This document shows, in pieces, positions 47,665 through 60,640 of a DNA stretch of 64,000 bases (position 1 is its first letter; each line of letters opens with the position of its first letter). This DNA is from the human T2T-CHM13v2.0 reference genome, Homo sapiens. The stretch is taken from NCBI RefSeq assembly GCF_009914755.1, contig NC_060940.1. One strand, 5' to 3'. The notes beneath the pieces were generated by a model. That model did not search any database. It was not told the origin of the DNA and was given only the letters and a program-made list of their open reading frames with translations. A program made the position numbers and the translations under genes.

Positions 47665-49382
47665 TGCCCAAGTCTCCTGACCCACCCAAGGGTCCTGACC
47701 CCACCCAAGGCTCCTGACCCCAGCCAAGGCTCCTGACCTCACCCAAGGCTCCTGACCCCACCCAAGACTCCTGACCCTACCCAAGACTCCTGACCCCACC
47801 CAAGGCTCCTGACCCCATCCAAGGCTCCTGACCCCAGCCAAGTGTCCTGACCCCAGCCAAGGCTCCTGACCCCGCCCAAGGCTCCTGACCTCAGCCAAGG
47901 CTCCTGACTCCACCCAAGGCTCCTGACCTCAGCCAAGGCTCCTGACCCTACCCAAGGCTCCTGACCCCGCCCAAGGCTCCTGACCTCAGCCAAGGCTCCT
48001 GACTCCACCCAAGGCTCCTGACCTCAGCCAAGGCTCCTGACCCTACCCAAGGCTCCTGACCCCGCCCAAGGCTCCTGACCTCAGCCAAGGCTCCTGACCC
48101 TACCCAAGGCTCCTGACCCCACCCAAGGCTCCTGACCTCAGCCAAGACTCCTGACCCCACCCAAGGCTCCTGACCCCACCCAAGGCTCCTGACCCCAGCC
48201 AAGGCTCCTGACCTCAGCCAAGGCTCCTGACCCCACCCAAGGCTCCTGACCTCAGCCAAGGCTCCTGACCCTACCCAAGGCTCCTGACCCCACCCAAGGC
48301 TCCTGACCCCATCCAAGGCTCCTGACCCCAGCCAAGGCTCCTGACCCCAGCCAAGGCTCCTGACCCCGCCCAAGGCTCCTGACCTCAGCCAAGGCTCCTG
48401 ACTCCACCCAAGGCTCCTGACCTCAGCCAAGGCTCCTGACCCTACCCAAGGCTCCTGACCCCACCCAAGGCTCCTGACCTCAGCCAAGACTCCTGACCCC
48501 ACCCAAGGCTCCTGACCCCACCCAAGGCTCCTGACCCCAGCCAAGGCTCCTGACCTCAGCCAAGGCTCCTGACCCCACCCAAGGCTCCTGACCTCAGCCA
48601 AGGCTCCTGACCCTACCCAAGGCTCCTGACCCCACCCAAGGCTCCTGACCCCATCCAAGGCTCCTGACCCCAGCCAAGGCTCCTGACCCCAGCCAAGGCT
48701 CCTGACCCCGCCCAAGGCTCCTGACCTCACCCAAGGCTCCTGACTCCACCCAAGGCTCCTGACCTCAGCCAAGGCTCCTGACCCTACCCAAGGCTCCTGA
48801 CCCCACCCAAGGCTCCTGACCTCAGCCAAGACTCCTGACCCCACCCAAGGCTCCTGACCCCACCCAAGGCTCCTGACCCCAGCCAAGGCTCCTGACCTCA
48901 GCCAAGGCTCCTGACCCCACCCAAGGCTCCTGACCTCAGCCAAGGCTCCTGACCCTACCCAAGACTCCTGACCCCACCCAAGGCTCCTGACCCCACCCAA
49001 GGCTCCTGACCTCACCCAAGGCTCCTGACCCCAGCCAAGGCTCCTGACCTCAGCCAAGGCTCCTGACCCCACCCAAGGCTCCTGACCCCACCCAAGGCTC
49101 CTGACCTCAGCCAAGACTCCTGACCCCACCCAAGGCTCCTGACCTCACCCAAGGCTCCTGACCCCACCCAAGGCTCCTGACCCCACCCAAGGCTCCTGAC
49201 CCCAGCCAAGTCTCCTGACCCCGCCCAAGGCTCCTGACCCCAGCCAAGGCTCCTGACCCCGCCCAAGGCTCCTGACCCCAGCCAAGGCTCCTGACCCCGC
49301 CCAAGGCTCCTGACCCCAGCCAAGGCTCCTGACCCCACCCAAGGATCCTGACCCCACCCAGGGCTCCCGACCCTGCCCAGGG
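47665..49382. repeat. 19-bp VNTR, ~90 copies (ccaaggctcctgaccccac and variants)
   Basis: Visible. Confidence 0.98.
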
Positions 49383-50266
49383 CTGCCAACCCCCAGGCCT
49401 GCCGAGTTCCTGCTCCCTGAGGCTTTGGGAAAGACTCAAAGGCTTTGGGAAAGACTCCATGTCAGTTGTCTGCCAGGAGAGCCGTGGAGGGCAGCCGCCT
49501 GGCCCCAGCCCGAGGCCATGTAGAGCCTCCAGACAGAATGGCCAGGAAACTGAGTCAGAGCCTGTTTATCACGCGTGTGACGGAGGGCGAAGACCTGCAT
49601 CACGGGAGAACCCCACGCACACGGAGCTCATGGCCTGTGCCAGGGTGGGCGGGAGACCTTCACCCACCCGCCGGGTCCCCGGGACACAGCGTGTCCGCCT
49701 GCTCTTCCCCAGGGGTCTCAGGGCTCTCTGCTCTTTGAGCCCAGGATGACCCTGCTCCCCCAGGCTCAGAGCCCAGCAGCTCCCGGAGGGTGGAGGGTAG
49801 AGGAACGCGGAGCTTCTACTGGCCTCACAGGCATGGCCCCATTCATTTAGTTCCACAGGTCGGGGCTTCCCAGCAGGGGACATGGAGGCCCAGAAAGCAT
49901 TTGTCTAGAGTCACACAATACCGTGGCAGAGGGAGGCGAGGCTGGGACCCATAGGCTCTGTCTCCATTACCCCAACCTGCAGCTGCCCCACCTGGCCTGG
50001 TGTCTGTTACTGGTGGACCCTGCTGGCGGAGCCCTGGGAGAAAGAGGCGCTCCAGGCGTGGGCGGCGGGGGCTGGCATCTGCTCCTCGGCTGCTTTCCTG
50101 ACCGAGTTTGGAACTGGACCGCATGGCCCTTGCCCTCCCTCTGTGCCTTCTCCAGGTGGCGTCACAGGGGCCTGCAGCAGCTGCACCAAGCCCGGCCCCT
50201 GGGGTTCTCAGCTGCCTGGCACCCTCCAGTCCACACTGTACTTTGCCAGGGCCTCTGAAATGCAGA

Positions 50267-50372
50267 GGCTGAACCACAGAAGAAGTGGCTCACCCGGAGA
50301 CTGCGGCAGCCTGAAGTCGGCTGAACCACAGAATGAGTGGCTCACCCGGAGACTGCGGCAGCCTGAAGTCGG
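50267..50372. repeat. 52-bp tandem duplication
   Basis: 'ggctgaaccacagaa' at 50267 and 50319. Confidence 0.9.
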
Positions 50373-50964
50373 GGCCCTCTACGTCTTTGTCACGCTCTCT
50401 CCCGGAACAAAACCGCCCTTGGGCTTCAGGCCCCAGAGGTTATGCCCACGGGCAGCTGCCCAGCAGAACCATCATCACACGAGATTGGTTGCTCACTCCT
50501 CCCCCATCGACCCACTCCCCGGCATCTTCCCTCTCACCAAATGCTGCCGGTGGTTCTAACCTCACAGTCTGGACAGCCAGCTGATGGCCCCAGAGGTTCC
50601 TGGTCAGAAGTGCTGCCTTTCCCTGCCCTCGGGACACCCCCGCCCCCACGGCAGATGCCACTGCCTTTCAGGGCCAGTAGCAGACATGGCAGAGCACTCT
50701 CCGTGGGGCTGTCACCTGACTCGGGATAACAGTGCTACTCACACAGCACAAACGGGGTCGGAGCTTGCACAGAGACCACGATGCCCCCTCAGCCCAGGGA
50801 GGACGACGCAAAGGTGATAGCTAGTCCCTCCACCCCCAGACACATCCCCTTGCTGACCCCCACACCTGTCCTCAGTGTACATCTGGGAAGCCCAGAGAGG
50901 GTCAGTGGCTCACCTGAGACACACAGCTGTGGTGAGACAAGGTTCTCCATAGACTGTCAGCCGA

Positions 50965-51345
50965 GCACAGATAAACTCAAAAGCAGATGCAGTGCACACT
51001 TATTCAGACATAAGAAGGAAGGCAGGTCCGACACACGCTCCAGTGGGGATGGACCCAGAAAACACGGGCGAGTGGAAGAGCTGGACACAGGATCCCGCTT
51101 ACACACAACACCGGAAAAGACAAATCCACAGAGGCAGGAAGCAGATCAGTGGTGGGCAGGGCAGAGGGAGGGAACGGGCCTGACTGCCCGTGGGCATGGG
51201 GTTTCTTTTGGGGGAAAATGTTCTAAAACTTGTTAGCAATGATGTTTGCACACCTCTGGGGCTTTGCTAAGTGCCACTGACTTGTGTACTTGAGATGGGT
51301 GAGTTGTAAGATGTGTGGGTTATACCTCAACAAGGCTGCTGGAAA
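50965..51345 (+). mobile_element. L1M 3'UTR relic
   Basis: 'caaatccacagaggcaggaagcagatcagtgg...ggggtttcttttgggggaaaatgttctaaaact'. Confidence 0.7.
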
Positions 51346-53086
51346 ACCACAGTAGACCCGGAACGAAAGTACCTGTGAGCTGCTCACAATCCCTCGCTCA
51401 CAGAGAGGCCACGGAACTTTGTCAGCGCACCAGGGCAGTAGCGGGATGGGTGTCAAGGCCGTGCACACCCACGAGGCCGTAGGAAGCCTGGTCAGGCTGT
51501 CGGGGCCTCAGACGGCAGAAACCTATCCCGAGAGGAAAGGGCCCTGGGCACAGGCTATGGCAGAAGAGCTTCGAGAGCCCAAAGCTCCCAGGGAAGCTTT
51601 GAGCTTCCTCAAAAAGCTATTTTGAGCCTAAAATAGCTTCAAGAGCCCAAAGCTCCCAGGGAGAAGTTGAGGTTGATGTGGTCACCTCGAATGGGGAACT
51701 CCTCCAGGAAGGAAAGGAGAAGTTTTATTTGGGGTGGGGGTGTTAGAGTAATGCCAGGCGGGGCGGCGGGGGAAGAAGGTTCTGGGGCGGGGCGTTAGAG
51801 TGACACCAGGTCCCGGTGCAGCGCTCGTGAGTGCCCCACATCCCTGGGCATCACACGCGTGTCGTCTGGAGCAGAAGCTGGTGGAGAGGTGTCCTTCCTA
51901 TTTCTCAGATGGGGAGACTGAGGCCTGGGTGGGGGCAGGTGGAGAAGCACAGTCGCCGCCCAGCAGCCCAGCACTACCTTTGGAGGGAGACAAACTCGCT
52001 CCCCCAGGGCCGGGGGCTGGGGGCCTCGGTGTGGCCTTTGGAAGGAGATGAACTTGCTCTCCCAGGGCTGGGGCCTCAGGGCCTCAGCGTAGCCCAGGTC
52101 TGCGCTGGCTCTGGGCTCTTCCCGCTGCAGGTGTGGGTCCCCCGTGGGCAGCTCTCACACCACAGGCCTGGCTCCCTAGGGGTATGGTCAGAGTGGGACC
52201 CTGTACCGCCTCTGCCGCCCTTTTCCCTTTGCCTCCATGGAGCGGGCCTGAGTTCCCAGAGGGCTGATTCCTCTCTCTGCCCCGACCCCTGGCAACCCTG
52301 TCAGCTGCTCATTCACCTAATAGACAAGTGCTGTGTGCCCGGGCTGTGCCGCACCAACCCAGGGCCAGGATTCAGAGGGGAACAGAGAGGAAGCCCCATC
52401 CTCGCGATGCCAAGGTCCCAGCAGCTGGAGGGGCAGCGCCCTGCTGATTGACGCGCTGAATCGTGTGCCCCCGTCCTTACTGGCAGGCACGCCACATGTG
52501 CTGTGTGCCATGTGTTCAGGTCTGGCCTGGGCCTGCTGTGTCCTGGTCTCATACACGCTACATGGACAGTCACATGAGCAGCTGCTGTGGCCGCGGACGG
52601 GTGGTGGGGACAGGGCATGACCCTGTTGGGGGAGCAGAGGGGTCTCCTTGCGGGAGAGAGTTGAAGTAGTCCTGGCGATGATGGTGGGCTCCCAGGAGAG
52701 GTGGAGGGAACACGCATGCACGCCCAGGGCTGGAGGCACGTGGGTGTTCAGGGCCTGTGAGGAGGCCCGGGCACCAAGGCAGCACCCAGCGCTTACAGAG
52801 CCTGCAGGTCTTGGACAGAGGTGCAGGCAGAGGCAGGAGGTGGCATGGGTCATACCACCTGTAAAAGCCAGGCGCAGTAGAGAATGTTCTAGAAATAAAT
52901 GTGATGCTGCGATTGCCTGAGAGGGAACCCAGGTGCAGGAGAGGGAAGGTCCCGGGGAAACCCTCCTTTTCCTCCTCCTTCCTCCCAGCAGCTGGGAAAG
53001 GCGATGGAGAGAAAACGGGAGCAGGGCAGAGACGGTATCTGGGATTACAGGAGGAAAGGTGGCTCATTGTTTAAAAAGATCATTAA

Positions 53087-53575
<489 letters not shown>

Positions 53576-53779
53576 TCAAGCTCTAAGTTCAATGTGGACG
53601 GCATCTGTGAAATGGGACTGCGTCACCTGCTCTGCTGAACTCACGGGGCCAGGTGCCAGGTCGACGGGGTTATGGGTGCAGAGGCTGTTTGAAGATAGCA
53701 GAGAAGATGTGAAGAAAGAAGTTTGAAAATCCTGGTGTGAGAAGGCCCTCGGGAGTGTCACATTTGAACACTATTGATT

Positions 53780-54156
53780 TGTGGACTGGAACCTACCGGA
53801 ACGAATCCATTTGTCATGGGGCATAAACAGAAGTCGGCTGAGTGAGGCCTCCACAAGAATCTCAATTTTCCTTATGAAAAGAGGCTGGCCTAGTCTTTGT
53901 CCTCTGCCCCTTCTTCCTCCTTCCTGCCTGGAATGCAGACATGATGCCTGGAGCAGGGGCAGCCACTTTGCAGCCAGGAAACCATAAGCAAGAGGATAGT
54001 GAAGCTGAAAGAGCAGAAATGCCAGGTACCAGACAGTGTCGTTGTGGCACTGGCCTGGGCCACCCGCCTCTGGGTTTGGTCATGTAGAAACAAACCTTGT
54101 TTACACCCCCGTTAGGTTTTCTGTGATTTGCAGCTGACATAATCCTATTGGCTACA
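53780..54156 (+). mobile_element. MaLR LTR relic (MLT1)
   Basis: 'cttcctgcctggaatgcagacatgatgcctggagc...gcagccactttg' and end 'ttttctgtgatttgcagctgacataatcctattggctaca'. Confidence 0.6.
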
Positions 54157-54172
54157 GGGATCAAATCCATCA

Positions 54173-54345
54173 CAGGGAGGTCTGCCAGATTTTGGAGATT
54201 ACAGATGCAGAATGCCTGGTTAAATTTGAATGTCAGATAAACGATAACTGATTTTTAGTGCATGTCCCAGGCAATATTTGAGATACGCTTACGATTTAAA
54301 AATTTGTTTATCTGAAATTTGACTTTAACTGTAATGCTATTCACT
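54173..54345. mobile_element. MER53-like palindromic MITE
   Basis: 'gttaaatttgaatgtcagataaac' paired with 'gtttatctgaaatttgactttaac' as inverted arms. Confidence 0.65.
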
Positions 54346-54591
54346 GATGAAGTCACAGAATCCAGAGAGGCTGTGAGACCTGTCTGAGGTCTCGCTGTGG
54401 GCAGGTGGTGGATGGGGCTCTGCCTTCTGTCTTCCACGGCCTCTCCTTGCTTTGATCCTGATCTGGTGTCTCTAGAGCTTTCTAAACCTGCTGTAACAGA
54501 TCTGTAAAGAAGGGGGCCTGTGGATGCCGCCAGAGCCCGTGAGAGGTGGTTCCCAGACAGGGGGCGCACGGGGAGTGACGGAACCTTCTGT

Positions 54592-55630
54592 AGGAACTGA
54601 CACACAGCACTGGAGATTTCCACTGCATAGTAACCGACACTCACCCCTGGGCATTCCCACCACATAGTGACTGACCCTCAGCACTGGGCATTCCCACTCC
54701 ATAGCAACTGACCCTCAGCGCTGGACATTCCCACTCCATAGTAACCGACCTCAGCGCTGGACATTCCCACTGCATAGTAACCGACAGTCAGCGCTGGGCA
54801 TTCCCACTCCATAGTAACCGACCCTCAGCGCTGGACATTCCCACTCCATAGTAACCGACCCTCAGCACTGGGCATTCCCACTCCATAGTAACCGACACTC
54901 AGCACTGGGCATTCCCACTCCATAGTAACCGACACTCAGCACTGGGCATTCCCACTCCATAGTAACCGACACTCAGCGCTGGGCATTCCCACTCCATAGT
55001 AACCGACACTCAGCGCTGGGCATTCCCACTCCATAGTAACCGACACTCAGCGCTGGGCATTCCCACTCCATAGTAACCGACACTCAGCGCTGGGCATTCC
55101 CACTGCATAGTAACCGACACTCAGCGCTGGGCATTCCCACTGCATAGTAACCGACACTCAGCGCTGGACATTCCCACTGCATAGTAACCGACAGTCAGCG
55201 CTGGGCATTCCCACTCCATAGTAACCGACCCTCAGTGCTGGGCATTCCCACTCCATAGTAACCGACACTCAGCGCTGGGCATTCCCACTGCATAGTAACC
55301 GACACTCAGCACTGGGCATTCCCATTCCATAGTAACCGACACTCAGCACTGGGCATTCCCACTCCATAGTAACCAACCCTCAGGGCTGGACATTCCCACT
55401 CCATAGTAACCGACACTCAGCACTGGACATTCCCACTGCATAGTAACCAACACTCAGCACTGGGCATTCCCATTCCATAGTAACCGACACTCAGCGCTGG
55501 GCATTCCCACTCCATAGTAACCGACCCTCAGCACTGGACATTCCCACTCCATAGTAACTGACACTCAGCACTCGGCTTTCCCACTCCATAGTAACTGATA
55601 CTCAGCACTGGAGATTTCCACTGCATACTC
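54592..55630. repeat. 37-bp VNTR, ~28 copies (cattcccactccatagtaaccgacactcagcgctggg)
   Basis: Visible. Confidence 0.97.
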
Positions 55631-56557
55631 GTACTTTTTTACTTTTACAAAAGCATCAATTGCCAATGGATATTTATTTTCCACAAATAACATGAGACGC
55701 CATGAACCAGCCTCGAAGGTGAATGCACTTCCCAGGCTGCTGTGTCCACTGTGTCTGCTGGGGTCACTGTCCTGTGGGGGACGCTGAGGCTTCCTCTGTG
55801 CTCAGCAGGAAAAGCATTGTGATCCATTACCCATGCCTGTCGTGAGTCCCGAAGGAGAGGCCCAGGGCCCAGGCCACTCTGCACCCTGAGGGCACGTGGT
55901 GGGGCCAGATCACCAAAGGGCACATTTGGGAGGACTGAACACAGATGCCGAGTCCCCTGGACCACGTTTCGGGGGGAGACAGCCACGTAGCCGGAGCCAG
56001 TGCCTTCCCACCCAGCACCTCCTGTGGTCCTCACGGTGCTCGGCCCAGCCACGAACATGGGTGTCTTTAGATGTCGCCTGGTGGGAAAACAGGGGGAGCA
56101 AAGCCTGCTGCTGCTTTCTCGTCTGTGCCCCGAACCCTGGAGATGAGGGGCGCTGACCCTGCACGGCTTCTGAGCACCGACATGAATTCCCAGGTCCACT
56201 CGGAAGGGAGCTGGGCAACCCCACCCCGCGTGTCTGAAAACTTCCACTTGCTTGATTTCCACAGGGCCTCCAGGAGGGCACAGGGCACGCCACCCCACTC
56301 TGTGGTTTGCAGAGGGGAGATAACGGAGGTTGGGTCCAAAGCCACATCCTCAGCACCTGAGCTGCAGGGACACAGTCAGTGCCAGGGGCCCTGGGCAGAT
56401 GCGTAGCTGGGCCTGGCAGGATGCTGGGGGTGCTTCTTCAAATCTGGAGGGGGAGCTGGAAGAAGCAGACACAGGCCCAGGGCCGGAGGGAGAGAAGGTG
56501 GGGGCTTGGACAGAGGCTGTAAGGAGTTTCTACCAAAGTCCAGGGACAGTGGGGGAA

Positions 56558-56660
56558 GGCCAGGGGTGGGCGCTCATCTTCTGCCAGGGGTGGGCGCTCG
56601 TCTTCTGCCAGGGGTGGGCGCTCATCTTCTGCCAGGGGCGGGCGCTCATCTTCTGCCAGG
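56558..56660. repeat. 24-bp tandem repeat, 4 copies
   Basis: 'gccaggggtgggcgctcatcttct'. Confidence 0.9.
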
Positions 56661-56661
56661 C

Positions 56662-57030
56662 TTTTTTTTTTTTTTAAGAATGTTAAGATCTTTTAAAAAT
56701 TTGTGATAAACAGAACATAAAATTTACTATTTTCACCATTTTAAAGTGCACAATTCAGTGGTATTTAGTACACTGACAACGTTCTGCAACCAGCGCCTCC
56801 ACCTAACTCCAGAGCACATCATCAACCTCGCAGTGAATCCCGGCCCCAGGAGCTGTCACTGTCTTCTCCACACCCTCCCCATGGTGACCCCAAATCCACT
56901 CTGTCTCTGTGGATTTGTTATCGTGGACATTCCATAAAATGGGACCAGACCGTATGCGGCCTCTTGGCTCTTTCACTTAGTGTGATGTTCTCAGAGCTGA
57001 AGCACCGCGCTGCAGTGCGCATCAGGAATA
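56662..57030 (-). mobile_element. L1MB-like 3' end, antisense
   Basis: poly-T followed by 'ccattttaaagtgcacaattcagtggtatttagtaca...ctgtctctgtggatttg...ggacattccata'. Confidence 0.75.
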
Positions 57031-58039
57031 GATTTTAGCGGCGTCATGCCTGGATTTCCCTGCTCAGCTGACACTTCGTGAGCCAGGCACACAGCGGCCC
57101 GAGGAGAGCCGCATTCTGTGACTCAGGGTTCTGCGGGATCCTGGAATGCAGGGAGGCTCGGGTCCGTGCACGTCTGAGGCAGGAGGCCTGGCCTGGCCAC
57201 ACGGGCGTGGGTTCCTCATCCCTCTGAGCCTCTGTCTCTTCGTGGTGACTTAGGGGACTCTGCATCTCGCTTGCAGTGCATCTTGAGAAAGAGAAGAGCT
57301 CTGTCTGCAGTGAGGAGAGGACAGAGAGCTGCCCAGAGCTCCCAGCCCTGCACCTGTGAGGTAGGTGGCACAGCTCTATGGGGGTCTTTAAAGGGCCACG
57401 CACACAAGACCATCTGCATACCTGGGCCGATCGGCTTAAAGGAATCCATATGTGGGTCTTCACCTTCCAGATTGTTCTGCAAACACGGCTTGGGGTCAGC
57501 TGTGTGCTGCTCCTGCCTGCTCTTCCCCCAATTCATGGGTTGCCTCTCTCTAGCATGAGTCTGATGACAGGGCTTCGACCCACCAGTGAAAACCTGGGGC
57601 AGGCCCCATGCCCTGCCTGCCTCCTGTTCGGAAACCACAGACCCAAAGGTGTAAAAAATCACGTTGACTTCTGGCCCTCCTGGTGTTAGCCAGGCTGCCA
57701 AGGGCCCAGTGGCCTCTTTTGACTTTTAATTTACTGCTGGTGAGGCTTCAGTTAGGGTTAGGGTGCAGAAAACTGACAAGTTGCAAGCTACTTGTTGTTC
57801 TGAAGAAAGATTGCACTTCACTAATTCCCACTCGTCAGGTTCCGTGTGGCTTTCCTTCTTCATGGGGTCTTTAATGTCCCTCGTCCCCTCTGAATCACCT
57901 GGGCTGCCCGACTGGCTCCCTCATCGCGGAATAATACACCTTTCACACATGCTTACTGTATGTGTGTATAAGAACTATGTTTTTAAGATTTGAAAAATAT
58001 ACTTTGACCTTTCCTTCCTGCTTCCTTACCTTTTTATCT

Positions 58040-58472
58040 TCCCATCCATCTATCCACCCACCAACCCATCTATCCATCCACCCACTCATCCATCCATCCA
58101 CCCATCCATCCACCATCTATCCATCCAGTCACCCATCTATTCATCCATCTATCTATCCACCCACCCATCCATCCACTCACCCACCATCTATCCAACTGTC
58201 CATCCATCCATCCATCCACCATCTATCCACTTATCCATCCATCCATCCATCCATCCATCCATCCATCCATCTATCCATCTATCCATCCATCCACCTACCC
58301 CACCCACCATCTATTTATCCATCTATCCATCCATCCACCCACCACCTATGCACTTCTCCATCCATCCATCCATCCACCCATCCATCCATCTATCCACCCA
58401 CCCATCTATCCATCCATCCATCCATCCATCCATCCATCCACCCACCCACCCACCCACACATCCATCCATCTA
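58040..58472. repeat. (CCAT)n/(ATCC)n degenerate tetranucleotide repeat
   Basis: Visible. Confidence 0.95.
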
Positions 58473-60420
58473 TATCACAATTAGAATTCAAAGTGAGGCA
58501 TTTGGATCATTTAATAACATGCTTATTTGAATTAATATCTGACAAACATCAGTCTGGGCAGATTGTTTTTCAGTGAGGACCAGTTCTGCCCTTTGTTTTT
58601 AAGGCAGCATTTCTATAAATCAAGTGAGCTAAATGTGCAGATTTTCATAAGACCAGATGCCAAACACTGGTAACATATTAGGTATGCTAGAAAATACAGT
58701 TTTTGAGACTGTTTAATCAATGTTTAGAGGCTGCAAATTGGCCCATGTGGCACCATTGCCAAGGGTCCTGTGTCCAGCCTTTGGTTTAGAAGGATACTTG
58801 GTGCGCAGCGCCAGCCACAGGCCCCGAATCCTGCTTCTACAACCCAGGGGGCTAGGTCCCTGCGGGGCAGAGAGTTTGCAGAACAGGTGTGTGCCACGGC
58901 CAACACATGCCTCACACACTGTATGCAGCTGTTCTTCTGTGACCCAGTGGTGAGGTTGCGGGGTGCAGCTGTCACCTTATTTATTTTAACAACGTCTTGT
59001 CCACAGATACCTGTCATGTTTGAAAACCTCTCTAGTGGCTCCTGGGCCACCATTATCTGCCAAAAACGAAGCAGCATAAGGTCTGTGTGTGGCCAGGCTG
59101 GGTGAGGCTGCTTTGTAAGCAATTTCATCTTATAGGGGAACTTGGCTTGTCAAAAAAAAGTTTTAGGGAGCTCGCAAACAAAAGCATTAAAAGCCCACAG
59201 AACCACCGGCTTTGAGAATCGGGCCTGGTGCTTGGCACCTGACAGGTCCTCTCCACTGTGCCCGGTCCCTCCTCTGTGGGCTGATGTCAGGGGAGGGGAC
59301 GGGGGCCCATTCGGCAGCAGGAACAGAGAGACCCCACAGAGCATGGGTGCATACAGAGTTCCCCCTGGGCCACTCCTTGGCCAGGGAAAGCAGACCTCGC
59401 CTCCTCTCGTAGCTGCAAGGTGGGGCCCCTCTGGACGGAGCGGGCTTTCCCGGTTTGTGTGGGTCGCTCTGCTCTGAGGGTCACTCTGCTCACTGGCCTG
59501 CACAGTCCCAGGACTTCCCCGACCTGAGTCACAGCACGGCTCCCTGAAACACATCTTGGCCACATTAGGCCGTCTCTAGGGACAGACTCCAGAGCAGCCA
59601 GCTAACAGGGCTGCCATTTTACCCTGGTCCTTGGCAGGAGTGAGGCCTGTGCCGGGGTGGGGGGGTGGCAGCCCCTGTGAGTGCCCACAGAGGAGAGCAG
59701 AGCGGGGGATCGCGAGTCCACAGACCTCCCGGCCCCTCTCCCACCTGTGCAGCATGGCTGGGCTACCTCCCCTGCCACACCCTCATCCCACCTGGGGTGA
59801 CCACCAAACCCATGTCCAGACGAGGACCAGGCCCAATCAACCTCTGGCCTCCCATGAACTCAGTAGTGGAAGCAGTAGAAGCACCCGGTGCCAGGCCCTG
59901 CCCAGCGCCCAGCTTCCCAGCCTCCCTTGTAGGCCGGCCCTGGTTTCCACAAACAAGGAATTCCTCCAGGAGCAATGGACACTCTTGACCTCCAGAACCA
60001 CTGCCTGCCATCACCAACACCTGCGCTGGACAGAGGCCTTTCTGAACACGAGCTGGGTGGGTTGGGGTGGGGGGCGTCTCCAGTGACTCCCGTGCCCTGG
60101 CCCTGCCTGGCTTGCAGAGCCACCCAGATGGAAGTCGGATGCAGCACGCCCACTGCTGCCCCTCAGAGACCAGGCGCTCATTTCCCCCAGGAAGCCGGGA
60201 TAGGGCCCACACCCACCCTGGACTCTGGAAGCCCAGGATGAGAACTTCGTATCACACTCTAGTCCCTGTGGCCAATGTCTTGTGTTTGCCTTGGAGAAAC
60301 CATGTGGGCCCCAGGGGACGAGGGAAAGCATCCTTGATTGAAGCATTGTTTGTAGCACGGGAAATTGACGCACTCAACCTCTCTCCATAGGGAAGCTGAG
60401 AACAGTGCGCTGGTGTGTGC

Positions 60421-60640
60421 CACCCCCAACCCCCCAACCCCCGAGGTGCCACTCGGCCCCGACACGCGGCAGCACCATGCCACCCCCCAGCCCCCGAGGT
60501 GCCACTCGGCCCCGACACGAGGCAGCGCCATGCCACCCCCCAGCCCCCGAGGTGCCACTCGGCCCCGACACGAGGCAGCGCCATGCCACCCCCCCAGCCC
60601 CCGAGGTGCCACTCGGCCCCGACACGAGGCAGCACCATGC
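60421..60640. repeat. 53-54-bp tandem repeat, 4 copies
   Basis: 'ccgaggtgccactcggccccgacacg' at 60441, 60494, 60547, 60601. Confidence 0.92.

Noticed and set aside
47948-49129. 393 aa ORF
   Set aside because: Product of the 19-bp VNTR.
54592-55630. CRISPR-like array (36-37 bp repeats here and at 22875-23778)
   Set aside because: Units are contiguous with no unique spacers, there are no cas genes, and the context is primate.
57751-57763. TTAGGG x2 as interstitial telomere
   Set aside because: Only two units; compatible with chance.
57962-58576. 204 aa His/Pro/Ser/Ile ORF
   Set aside because: (CCAT)n microsatellite translation.
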